Assembly (NCBI GenBank): GCA_025929595.1 | Contig: JAICQA010000001.1 | Span: 1 to 38,228 of the forward strand | Reading direction: 5' to 3' | Source of the DNA: Xanthobacteraceae bacterium | GTDB taxonomy: Bacteria > Pseudomonadota > Alphaproteobacteria > Rhizobiales > Xanthobacteraceae | Length of the DNA stretch: 38,228 nt | Shown: one piece after another, positions 23,438 to 30,997 of the stretch | Numbering within the stretch: position 1 is the first letter of the stretch | How the letters are laid out: each line of letters opens with the position of its first letter | The notes under the pieces: generated by a model | Database searches by the model: none | The model's input: the letters and a program-made list of their open reading frames with translations, nothing else | What the model was told of the DNA's origin: nothing | Translations under genes and position numbers: made by a program

Positions 23438-24580
23438 ATGGCCTTTACCGGGCTGGCATCGAACGAACGATTTACCGCGAATCAGGTCCGCGAGGACATT
23501 TCGCGCATCATGGCGACCCTCTCGCCGAAAGAGGCGCCGATCCTGGACTGGCTGGGTGATGCCGACGTCTTCGCGACGTCCACCAAGCACGAGTTCATGG
23601 AAGACCACATGTTGCCCAACTACATCGTGGCGTCGACCGCGATCAATTCGGCGACGGCGGCCACGGGCATCCAGGTCAACGGCCTCGGCTTGGCCCTGAC
23701 GGAAGGCACGATCCTCGAGAACGAAACCTCCGCGGAGTTGATGCAGGTCAGTTCCGTCGTGGGTGCCAACTCCGTGCTGGTCAACCGCAACTACGGCGGC
23801 GGCGGCATCGGCTCGCTCGTGGCGGGCGGGCAGCTCTACGTCCGGGCGATGGCCGGCGTCGAAGGCCAGGATCACAACGGTTCCTCGGTGCGCCGGCTCG
23901 GCGTGCGTCGATCGAACACCGTGGGGATGTTCTACATCCCGGTCGCGGCCTCTGGCACCGATCTGGCGATCAACCTCGCGGGCGGCGATTCGTACGACAA
24001 CGTCATCCGCAAGGGCCTGATCGACGCGCTGCATCAGTTGGAAAAGGAAGCCGTCCGCGGCGTCCTCAACAGCTCGAACTCGCTCGGCACCACGTCGGCG
24101 ACGCGCACGATGCAGGGCATTCGGACGCAGCTCACCACGATCAACTCGACAATCACCGCGAGCTCGTTCGCGACGTCGCCGCACACCTACATCGGCAACC
24201 TCTGGGAGCAGATTTACATGAACGGCGGCTCCCCGAACACCGAGACGTGGGCGATCATCGCCGGCTCGACGTGGTACCGCGACATTTCGAACCTGAACGA
24301 CACCAAGGTCCAGGACTCGAACGACAAAGAAGAGTTCAAGCGCGTGATTCGTCGCTACGTCGGCCCGCTGGGCTCGGCGGAAGTGCTGCTCTCGCGCGTG
24401 CTGCCGGCGACGGAACTGCTGCTCGTGCCGCGTGAGCGGCTGAAGGTGGTCCCGCTGCAGGGGCGCTCGTTCGTCTACGAAGACCTCGGCAAGACGGGCG
24501 ACAACGAGAAGGGCCAGATCGTCGGCGAATACAGCCTCGAGCTGTTCCATCAGAACGCGATGGCGCGGGCGCACACCTAG
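23438..24580 (+). CDS. Major capsid protein (HK97-fold, DUF5309/SU10-like impression)
   Basis: 380 aa with a strong GAGGAG ribosome site, positioned after the scaffold gene and followed by a hairpin. Confidence 0.8.
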   Translation: MAFTGLASNERFTANQVREDISRIMATLSPKEAPILDWLGDADVFATSTKHEFMEDHMLPNYIVASTAINSATAATGIQVNGLGLALTEGTILENETSAELMQVSSVVGANSVLVNRNYGGGGIGSLVAGGQLYVRAMAGVEGQDHNGSSVRRLGVRRSNTVGMFYIPVAASGTDLAINLAGGDSYDNVIRKGLIDALHQLEKEAVRGVLNSSNSLGTTSATRTMQGIRTQLTTINSTITASSFATSPHTYIGNLWEQIYMNGGSPNTETWAIIAGSTWYRDISNLNDTKVQDSNDKEEFKRVIRRYVGPLGSAEVLLSRVLPATELLLVPRERLKVVPLQGRSFVYEDLGKTGDNEKGQIVGEYSLELFHQNAMARAHT

Positions 24581-24593
24581 ACCGCATGACGGC

Positions 24594-24621
24594 GGGGCCT
24601 GGGCGATGGCTCAGGCTCCCC
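24594..24621 (+). terminator. Imperfect GC-rich hairpin after the capsid gene (attenuator-like)
   Basis: GGGGCCTGGGC-gatg-GCTCAGGCTCCCC with one 2-nt bulge, followed by CGTTCGTTTGG. Confidence 0.4.
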
Positions 24622-24645
24622 CGTTCGTTTGGCTGAAAGGCACCG

Positions 24646-24810
24646 ATGAACGAGACGCTGCAGGACATTGCGAACTATCTCCGTGGGCACAAGATCGCCG
24701 CGCGATCCGATGATCCGCGCCAGTGGGCAACCTTTCTTGATCAGGTGATTCAGCCGCAACTCGAGGAACTCGCCAAGCTCAAAGGCGAGGGGAAGAAAGG
24801 CAAAGCGTGA
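24646..24810 (+). CDS. Small protein (54 aa) coupled to the GT fusion gene
   Basis: AAAGG-n6-ATG. Its stop overlaps the GTG start of the next gene (GTGA). Confidence 0.45.
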   Translation: MNETLQDIANYLRGHKIAARSDDPRQWATFLDQVIQPQLEELAKLKGEGKKGKA

Positions 24811-27800
24811 CGCTGACGTTCGGGTTCTACATCGATTCGGTGGCGTTTACGCCAGAAGTCATCGCGGGGACCGCGTCCCTGGGGGGCTCGGAGTCGGCCT
24901 GTCTCGGCTTGGCTCGGGCGCTCAAGGCACGCGGTCACACGGTGGTGATCTTCGCGACGCAGTTGCACGACGAAGCCCCGGCGATCGATCACGCCGGTGT
25001 GCAGTGGGCGCACGCCAATGAGATCGACGGCATGTCCCGCGTCGTGGATTGGGATGTGTTCGTGGCCTTGCGGATGCCGCACTGCTTCACACTGCCCATC
25101 CGCGCGAAATACCGGATCTTGTGGAATCAGGATCTGATGACCGGCGACGACGCCAAGAACATCACGATGGCGCTGTCCTGGGCCTACGACGCGGTCGCGT
25201 ACGTCTCGGCGTACCACCGAAAGCAATGGGAAGGCCAGATCCCGGAACTCGCGCCGATCGGCTGGGTGACGAAGAACGGCTTCGACCCGCAGCACGTCCC
25301 GAAGGATGCCGTCAAGGATCCGAACCGGATCATTCACATCACGCGGCCCGAGCGCGGCTTGCGGCCGATCTTGGCGATGTGGCCCGAACTCAAGCGCCGC
25401 TATCCGCAGGCGACGCTCTCGCTCTGCCGCTACAACTCGATGTATGACGCCCAAGGTTGGGCGAAGGTGTGCGCGTCCTACGACGACGCGGTCAAGGCCG
25501 TCAACGAGCAGGTCGGCGGTATCACCTATCTCGGCGAACTCGGCAAGGCCGATCTCTACCAGGCGATCGCGGAATCGGCGGTCATGTGGTACCCGGGCGT
25601 CGTGGACTTCGCGGAAACCTCCTGCATCGCGGCCATCGAGGCGCAAGCCTGTGGCACCCCGTTTGTCGGCTCATGGAAGGGCGCGCTGCCGGAAACCGTG
25701 CCGAGCGGACTCCTGATCGAAGGCGACGCCGATCGCGATCCGGAGTATGCCGAGGCCAGCATCTCAGCCGTCATCGAGCAACTCCAGGGCTGCGCAACAC
25801 AGTCATTTGCCTACCGATCGCGCGTGAAGCAGGGCCTCGCACACGTCAGCCCCGGCTACAGTTACGACACGATCGCTCAGGAGTGGGAAGCGCACCTCTT
25901 CGCGGAGTTCGATCGCCGCGTGGCCACGAAGGGCCGGCAGGTGCTCGAGCGGTTGCTGCACGAAGATGACCATGTCGCCGCTCAGGCAATGGCGCGACAG
26001 TTGATGGATCGCGAGATTCTGGCCGGCCGCTGGCCTGAAGGCGCGGACGTCGACCAGATGTCTCCGGAACATCGCGCGCTGTTCGAGACGTGGAATTTCT
26101 GCCAGCACGTCATCGACGGCAAGGAACACACCGCCGCCGACTACGCGGAATACGCGCTGGACCCGCTCGAAGAGATCAAGGTCAACGGCCGGATTCCTCA
26201 GGTGTCCGAACAGTTGCGCGGCGCGACCCACATCTTGGATCTCGCCTGCGGCAATGGCTCGATGGCGATCTCCATCGTCCAGGCCAACCCCGGCGCGCGG
26301 GTCCTCGGCATCGACTACGCCCAGCGGAACATCGACGCGGCTACGGAAGCGGCGCGCATCCTCGGCGTGTCCGACCGCTGCACCTTTGTCTGCGCGCCGG
26401 TCTATGACTTTGCGACGCACCAGATCGACCCGGGACTGGCTGCCATCGTGGCCGGCTTCCCCGCCTTCGATGGTGTGTTCATTGGGGAGTTTCTCGAGCA
26501 CATCGCGAATGTCGATGGCTTCCTGAACGCGCTACACCCCCTGGTCGCGCCCGGCGCCCGCGTCGTCTGCACGATGCCGTCGGGGCCCTACTGCGAACTG
26601 AACGCGCGGGATGTGCCCTACAAGCGGGGCCACGTGCACCACTTCCGGCCGCGCGACCTGCAGGCGCTGTTCGGCCAGCAAGCGAACGTCAGCACGTCGT
26701 ATCTCGAAGCCGGCCTCTCGATGCGCTGGAGCGTGCTGGGAACGTGGATTGTCGCCTACAACACGTCAGCGCAACCGATTGGTGCTCGACCCCTCACCGA
26801 GACGATCCGCACGGCTCGGCCGTTCTCGAAGCTGTCGGTCGGGATCATCGCCGGCGAAGCGACGGACCTGCGGCGCTGCCTGCAGTCCGTCTGGGGCATT
26901 ACCGACGAAATCGTGATCGGGGATACCGGCTGTAAACCAGCGGAATTGGCGCAGGTGCTCGCCGAGTTCCCGAAGACGCGCGCGATCCCGATCGGCCCGG
27001 TCGATCACCTCCGTGGCGGGTTCTCCGAGGCGCGCAACATGGTGCTCTCGGCCTGCACCGGGGAGTGGTTCTTCTGGATCGACACCGACGAGGTGCTGGT
27101 CCGGCCCGAGGCCCTGCACCGCTATCTCGAAGCGACGACGTTCCACGGCTACGCGGTCAAGCAGAACCATCTGATGCTCGACATGCCGAAGTCGTTCGAC
27201 ACGCCGGTCCGCATCTTCCGCCGCTCGGCGGCGATTCGCTTCTACGGGTGCATCCACGAACAGCCGCAGATGGGCGACTGCAATGGCGACATCGTGCCGT
27301 CGTTGCAGCTCGCGGACGCGGAAATTGCCCATGTGCTGGGCTATCTCACCGAGGACATCCGGCGCCGGAAGTGCCTGCAGCGGAACCTGCCACTGCTGGC
27401 GCGCGATCAGGACATCTTCCCCGATCGGCGACTCGGCAAGGTGCTGGTCATCCGCGACATGCTGAACCTCGCGCAGTGGGAAACCGAGGAAGCAGGCGGC
27501 CGGCTGACCGCGCGCGCGAAGGAGCGTCTCGGGACGGCCATTGCGCTGTTCGAAAAGCACTTCAGCGACCCGGCCGACAAGTACCACACGCTCGCCCGAC
27601 CGTTCTACGAGGCGGCGCTGAAGCACGTCGCGGGCTCGCTGGAGTGTGAGTTCTCCTTCGTCGCCCAGGTCAACGGCTTGAAGGGCCGGCCGAAGCCTGA
27701 GCGCGTCTGGGTCCGCACACAGGCCCAACTCGACGCCTTGCTGAAGCTCCGCGTCGAACAGTGGACCAAGCCGATGCAGCCGGCCGTGATCGACGTCGAG

Positions 27801-27848
27801 CCGATGGTCGCGCGCGTCGTTGACATGCCGGAAGGAGCGCCGGTCTAG
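24807..27848 (+). CDS. Tri-domain enzyme: GT4 (GT-B) glycosyltransferase + class I SAM methyltransferase + GT2 (GT-A) glycosyltransferase with helical C-terminus
   Basis: aa 1-365: GGSESACLGLARALKARGHTVVIFA and E-x7-E (FAETSCIAAIEAQACGTPFV). aa ~455-600: ILDLACGNGSMA, VLGIDY, FDGVFIGEFLEHI and PGARVV. aa ~675-830: LSVGIIAGEATDLRRCLQSV, DEIVIGDTGC, GGFSEARN and WFFWIDTDEVL (DxD). Confidence 0.85.
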   Translation: MTLTFGFYIDSVAFTPEVIAGTASLGGSESACLGLARALKARGHTVVIFATQLHDEAPAIDHAGVQWAHANEIDGMSRVVDWDVFVALRMPHCFTLPIRAKYRILWNQDLMTGDDAKNITMALSWAYDAVAYVSAYHRKQWEGQIPELAPIGWVTKNGFDPQHVPKDAVKDPNRIIHITRPERGLRPILAMWPELKRRYPQATLSLCRYNSMYDAQGWAKVCASYDDAVKAVNEQVGGITYLGELGKADLYQAIAESAVMWYPGVVDFAETSCIAAIEAQACGTPFVGSWKGALPETVPSGLLIEGDADRDPEYAEASISAVIEQLQGCATQSFAYRSRVKQGLAHVSPGYSYDTIAQEWEAHLFAEFDRRVATKGRQVLERLLHEDDHVAAQAMARQLMDREILAGRWPEGADVDQMSPEHRALFETWNFCQHVIDGKEHTAADYAEYALDPLEEIKVNGRIPQVSEQLRGATHILDLACGNGSMAISIVQANPGARVLGIDYAQRNIDAATEAARILGVSDRCTFVCAPVYDFATHQIDPGLAAIVAGFPAFDGVFIGEFLEHIANVDGFLNALHPLVAPGARVVCTMPSGPYCELNARDVPYKRGHVHHFRPRDLQALFGQQANVSTSYLEAGLSMRWSVLGTWIVAYNTSAQPIGARPLTETIRTARPFSKLSVGIIAGEATDLRRCLQSVWGITDEIVIGDTGCKPAELAQVLAEFPKTRAIPIGPVDHLRGGFSEARNMVLSACTGEWFFWIDTDEVLVRPEALHRYLEATTFHGYAVKQNHLMLDMPKSFDTPVRIFRRSAAIRFYGCIHEQPQMGDCNGDIVPSLQLADAEIAHVLGYLTEDIRRRKCLQRNLPLLARDQDIFPDRRLGKVLVIRDMLNLAQWETEEAGGRLTARAKERLGTAIALFEKHFSDPADKYHTLARPFYEAALKHVAGSLECEFSFVAQVNGLKGRPKPERVWVRTQAQLDALLKLRVEQWTKPMQPAVIDVEPMVARVVDMPEGAPV

Positions 27849-27850
27849 CC

Positions 27851-28708
27851 ATGTCCTGGCACCCCAACGACCTCGTCACCGACGCGGATCTCGTCGCCTA
27901 CGAGCGGACGGTCCTGACGCAGTTCGGCGCCATCGACTGGCAGGCCAAGCGGCAAAAGGCGCTCGAAGACTGGATCTTCCCGCTCTTGGCGTCGAGCGGC
28001 CTGGACCCGCAACGTTTGCGGACCCGCGCACAGCCGCAGGCGGCCTTCGGCTTCACGTCGACCTTCACCGATTACACCGACAAGGCGAAGACGACCACCG
28101 CCGATGACATTCCGCTCGCGTCGATCCTGACCGGCTCGTCGGATGCGTTCTATCTCGGCTCGACGGCACCGTTTCGCGGCGTGTCGATCCGGATGCTCGA
28201 CGCGGTGTCGACGGCGGCGCGCGTGTTGACGGTGGAGATTTGGCGCGATCGCTGGATGGGCGTCGCCGTCACCGATGGCACCGTCGCCACATCCGGGAAG
28301 CCGTTCAGTAAGGGCGGCGCGATCACCTGGTCGGTCCCGGAGGATTGGGTTGTGCGGCCGGTCAACAGTTCAGCCGCGCTCTACTTTGCCCGGCTACAGC
28401 TGGACGGCGCCCCGACCGGTGCCGCGATCGGGCAGGTCAGCGTGATTCGCCGATCGTGCCTGTGCGCCGCGGCGGCCATGCGGACGCTGGCCTACATCTT
28501 CCACGAAGCCCCGACGCAACAAGAGGGGCCCTGGGACAAGAAGGCGGAATGGTACGAGACAGAAGCGCAGCACGCCTGGGAACGCGTGCAGCCGCTGCTC
28601 GGCCGCGAATTTGATACCGAGACGGTCGACGACGTGATCGACGCGGAAGAAGCTGCACAAACCACCGAATCAGCCAACGGCGGCGGCTGGTCGATCGAAC
28701 GGTATTGA
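27851..28708 (+). CDS. Virion structural protein (putative head-tail connector/adaptor)
   Basis: Position between the head genes and tail tube. ATG lies 2 nt after the preceding stop. No motif recognised. Confidence 0.4.
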   Translation: MSWHPNDLVTDADLVAYERTVLTQFGAIDWQAKRQKALEDWIFPLLASSGLDPQRLRTRAQPQAAFGFTSTFTDYTDKAKTTTADDIPLASILTGSSDAFYLGSTAPFRGVSIRMLDAVSTAARVLTVEIWRDRWMGVAVTDGTVATSGKPFSKGGAITWSVPEDWVVRPVNSSAALYFARLQLDGAPTGAAIGQVSVIRRSCLCAAAAMRTLAYIFHEAPTQQEGPWDKKAEWYETEAQHAWERVQPLLGREFDTETVDDVIDAEEAAQTTESANGGGWSIERY

Positions 28709-28709
28709 T

Positions 28710-29141
28710 GTGGCGACGACGCTCGATGCCATCGTCGATCGTGTGCGAAGCCTCTGCTGTAGCAGTCCGTTTGTCTTCAGCGAGGCGGTCAGTACCGAAG
28801 GCTTCACCTTGCAACCCACGGGTCGCGGCGACCAGGTGTTTCGAGTGAAGACACGGGGAGGGCCGGCGCGAGGCCAGATGGCCTACGTCGAAGAGCGCAC
28901 CGACACCGTGGAGATTGAAGTGCTCCGCGCGGTCAATGCGGACTACGACGGCGCGCGGCGGCGGTTACTGAAGGATGTCACCAGTTTGACAGCGGCCATC
29001 ATCCGCGACGGGCACGTGACGAGCGGCGGCGAGTACACGGTCCCGGATGGCGGGCGATCGCACGACGTGATCGGGCAGACAGGCGCGTCATTTCTGACGC
29101 TGCGGATGACGCTGCCGGTCAACTACGAACTGTCGGTTTAG
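28710..29141 (+). CDS. Virion structural protein (putative neck/tail-completion)
   Basis: GTG start 1 nt after the preceding stop. 143 aa, directly upstream of the tail tube gene. Confidence 0.4.
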   Translation: MATTLDAIVDRVRSLCCSSPFVFSEAVSTEGFTLQPTGRGDQVFRVKTRGGPARGQMAYVEERTDTVEIEVLRAVNADYDGARRRLLKDVTSLTAAIIRDGHVTSGGEYTVPDGGRSHDVIGQTGASFLTLRMTLPVNYELSV

Positions 29142-29150
29142 GAGACGCAC

Positions 29151-30215
29151 ATGAGCGGGATTACGGGTCGCGAAACGCGGATCGGCTTCGCGAAGTTCGC
29201 CGCCAACAGCTGGGGGGTCGCCGCGTCCGTCACCAAGGGCGCGTACTTCCAGTCGGACGGCGGCCTGACCTATCAGCCGAACCGGGTCAACGATGAAGCC
29301 TTCGGGCAGTCGTTTCTCGGCGATGGCGACTTGGGGGATGTGAACGCCCCCGACATCACGTGGACCGGGCGCGATCGCTACGGCGATTACGGCTATGTCC
29401 TCGAAGGGCTGGCGATGGGTTCGCCCGCGGCGCCCACGATCTCCACGTCGGCGGCGGGTCAGACGACCAGCTGGCTGCACGTGATCGATCTCGCGCCGTC
29501 GATCGATGGCCTCGGTCTGACCGCGGCGATCGATAAGGTGCTGTTCGTCGACGAGCTGACCTCGGCCAAGGTCTACGGGTTCCAGTTGCAGCCCGGCGAC
29601 GGCGGCGTGATGGACAAGAGCTTCAAGATCATGGGCAGCAAGACGACCCCGATCTCGAGCATCAACACGCGCTCGACGGTGAACGGCGCCACGTTCCCGG
29701 CGCTGTCGGATCGTGTGTTCCGCAAGCACGGCATCTTTCGCATGAACCGCCAGAGCGCCGGCGGGCTCGGTGCCAGCGATGCCGTCGCGATCGAGTCGTT
29801 CTCGCACGCATTCGATCGGCCGCAGGATGCCCCGCACGTCTTTGGGCAGGACTTCGTCTATGAGCCGGCGGACAACGGCTTCCCCACCGTCAAGGTGATG
29901 GTGAGCTATCCGCGCATGAACAGCGTGTCAGCGAATTCGCTGTATCGGGCGCTGCTTGATGATCCGCAGTGGAAGGCGGACATCATCTTCAGCGGTTCCT
30001 ACATCAACTCAACGGACCAGCTCACGGAGAAATACGAGTATCCGGCTCTGGAGCTCGACGAGTGGAGCGCCCCGCTGACGGGCGCCAACCAGGTCAAACC
30101 GACGGCGACGTTTTCCGCGAAGCTCGCGGCGACCTCCCCGACCGGGATGGCCTTCGTGAACCCGTTCCGCCTCACGCGCATCATGGTCAATTCCTTGAGC
30201 GCGTTTGCGGTCTAG
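29151..30215 (+). CDS. Major tail (tube) protein
   Basis: GGAGAC ribosome site. Precedes the chaperone pair and tape measure, and is followed by a clean terminator hairpin. Confidence 0.55.
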   Translation: MSGITGRETRIGFAKFAANSWGVAASVTKGAYFQSDGGLTYQPNRVNDEAFGQSFLGDGDLGDVNAPDITWTGRDRYGDYGYVLEGLAMGSPAAPTISTSAAGQTTSWLHVIDLAPSIDGLGLTAAIDKVLFVDELTSAKVYGFQLQPGDGGVMDKSFKIMGSKTTPISSINTRSTVNGATFPALSDRVFRKHGIFRMNRQSAGGLGASDAVAIESFSHAFDRPQDAPHVFGQDFVYEPADNGFPTVKVMVSYPRMNSVSANSLYRALLDDPQWKADIIFSGSYINSTDQLTEKYEYPALELDEWSAPLTGANQVKPTATFSAKLAATSPTGMAFVNPFRLTRIMVNSLSAFAV

Positions 30216-30224
30216 CGATCGATG

Positions 30225-30254
30225 GGCGGTGCGACTCCCCGCACCGCTCCGTTT
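30225..30254 (+). terminator. Rho-independent terminator/attenuator
   Basis: GCGGTGCG-actccc-CGCACCGC (8 bp perfect) followed by TCCGTTTT. Confidence 0.6.
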
Positions 30255-30271
30255 TGAAGGGATAGCACGGT

Positions 30272-30673
30272 ATGTCGCGCAGTTTGCACGATGAGTCTCA
30301 GACGTTCGAGGTGAAGGAATCGGACATTCCCGAAGTGGTGAATGCCGATCCGGATGTGGCCTACACGGTGCGCCCGCTCACGACGGCCAAGTTTCGCGAG
30401 TTGCAGAAGAGAAACACGCAACAGGTCGTCAACAAGGCATCGCGCAGCATGGAGGCCGAGGTCAACGGCGAGAAGTTGGCCGACGACTTGATCGACTGGG
30501 TCATTGCGGACTGGTCCGGCATCGTCGACAAGGGGCAACCCGCGGAGTGCTCGCGCGCGAACAAGCTACGCCTCGATGGCCAGGTGAAAGCGGGATTGAT
30601 CGGCGTGGCGGGCCTGAACCGAATCGAAGCGGCCCCGGAGGTCCGCACAGACTCGTTTCGTACAACTCCGTAG
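30272..30673 (+). CDS. Tail assembly chaperone (gpG-like)
   Basis: 133 aa, acidic, in the canonical position between tail tube and tape measure. Confidence 0.6.
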   Translation: MSRSLHDESQTFEVKESDIPEVVNADPDVAYTVRPLTTAKFRELQKRNTQQVVNKASRSMEAEVNGEKLADDLIDWVIADWSGIVDKGQPAECSRANKLRLDGQVKAGLIGVAGLNRIEAAPEVRTDSFRTTP

Positions 30674-30992
30674 TTTTTGCGAATTCTGGGACGACAAAGA
30701 CCAGCACACGACGTGCTGTCAGTTCGCGGATGACGAAACGGTCAGGACCGACCCGCAGGAGTTCGATTGTCGCGCCTGCGTCGTGATGGAGCGGTTGACC
30801 GACCTGGACGACGACAACCGGGCCAGTTGGCTGCTCTACCGACAGTTGTGCAATCGGTTCGTGAATGACCTGCAAGCCGGCAGCGTGTTGCTGGACCGGC
30901 TGACTGAAGACGATGACGCCGAGGTGTTCGCCGAGAAGTGCGACCGCCTGCAAGTGATCTACGACGTATTGCAACCACCGAAGACGACCTGA
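30618..30992 (+). CDS. Tail assembly chaperone extension frame (gpT-like); no in-frame ATG/GTG before GTG 30783, probably expressed by frameshift from 30272-30673
   Basis: The frame is open from 30618 and shows coding-type GC3 bias across 30675-30782 (FCEFWDDKDQHTTCCQFADDETVRTDPQEFDCRAC) although no in-frame start precedes 30783. It ends 5 nt before the tape measure ATG. Confidence 0.45.
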   Translation, partial: TESKRPRRSAQTRFVQLRSFCEFWDDKDQHTTCCQFADDETVRTDPQEFDCRACVVMERLTDLDDDNRASWLLYRQLCNRFVNDLQAGSVLLDRLTEDDDAEVFAEKCDRLQVIYDVLQPPKTT

Positions 30993-30997
30993 TTCCT

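Noticed and set aside
23408-24574. 388-aa minus-strand ORF
   Set aside because: It is exactly antisense to the major capsid gene. The translation is Arg/Asp/His/Val-rich and looks off-frame. This is a typical shadow ORF of GC-rich coding DNA.
24750-27728. Series of minus-strand ORFs (24750-25646, 25803-26501, 26766-27728)
   Set aside because: All are antisense to the GT/MT/GT gene, whose three domains carry strong family motifs in the plus frame.
30547-30786. -1 frame ORF overlapping the tail chaperone, the classical gpGT direction
   Set aside because: The translation is Arg/Ser/Gly/Pro-rich and off-frame-like, and it terminates about 200 nt before the tape-measure gene. The other frame looks coding instead.
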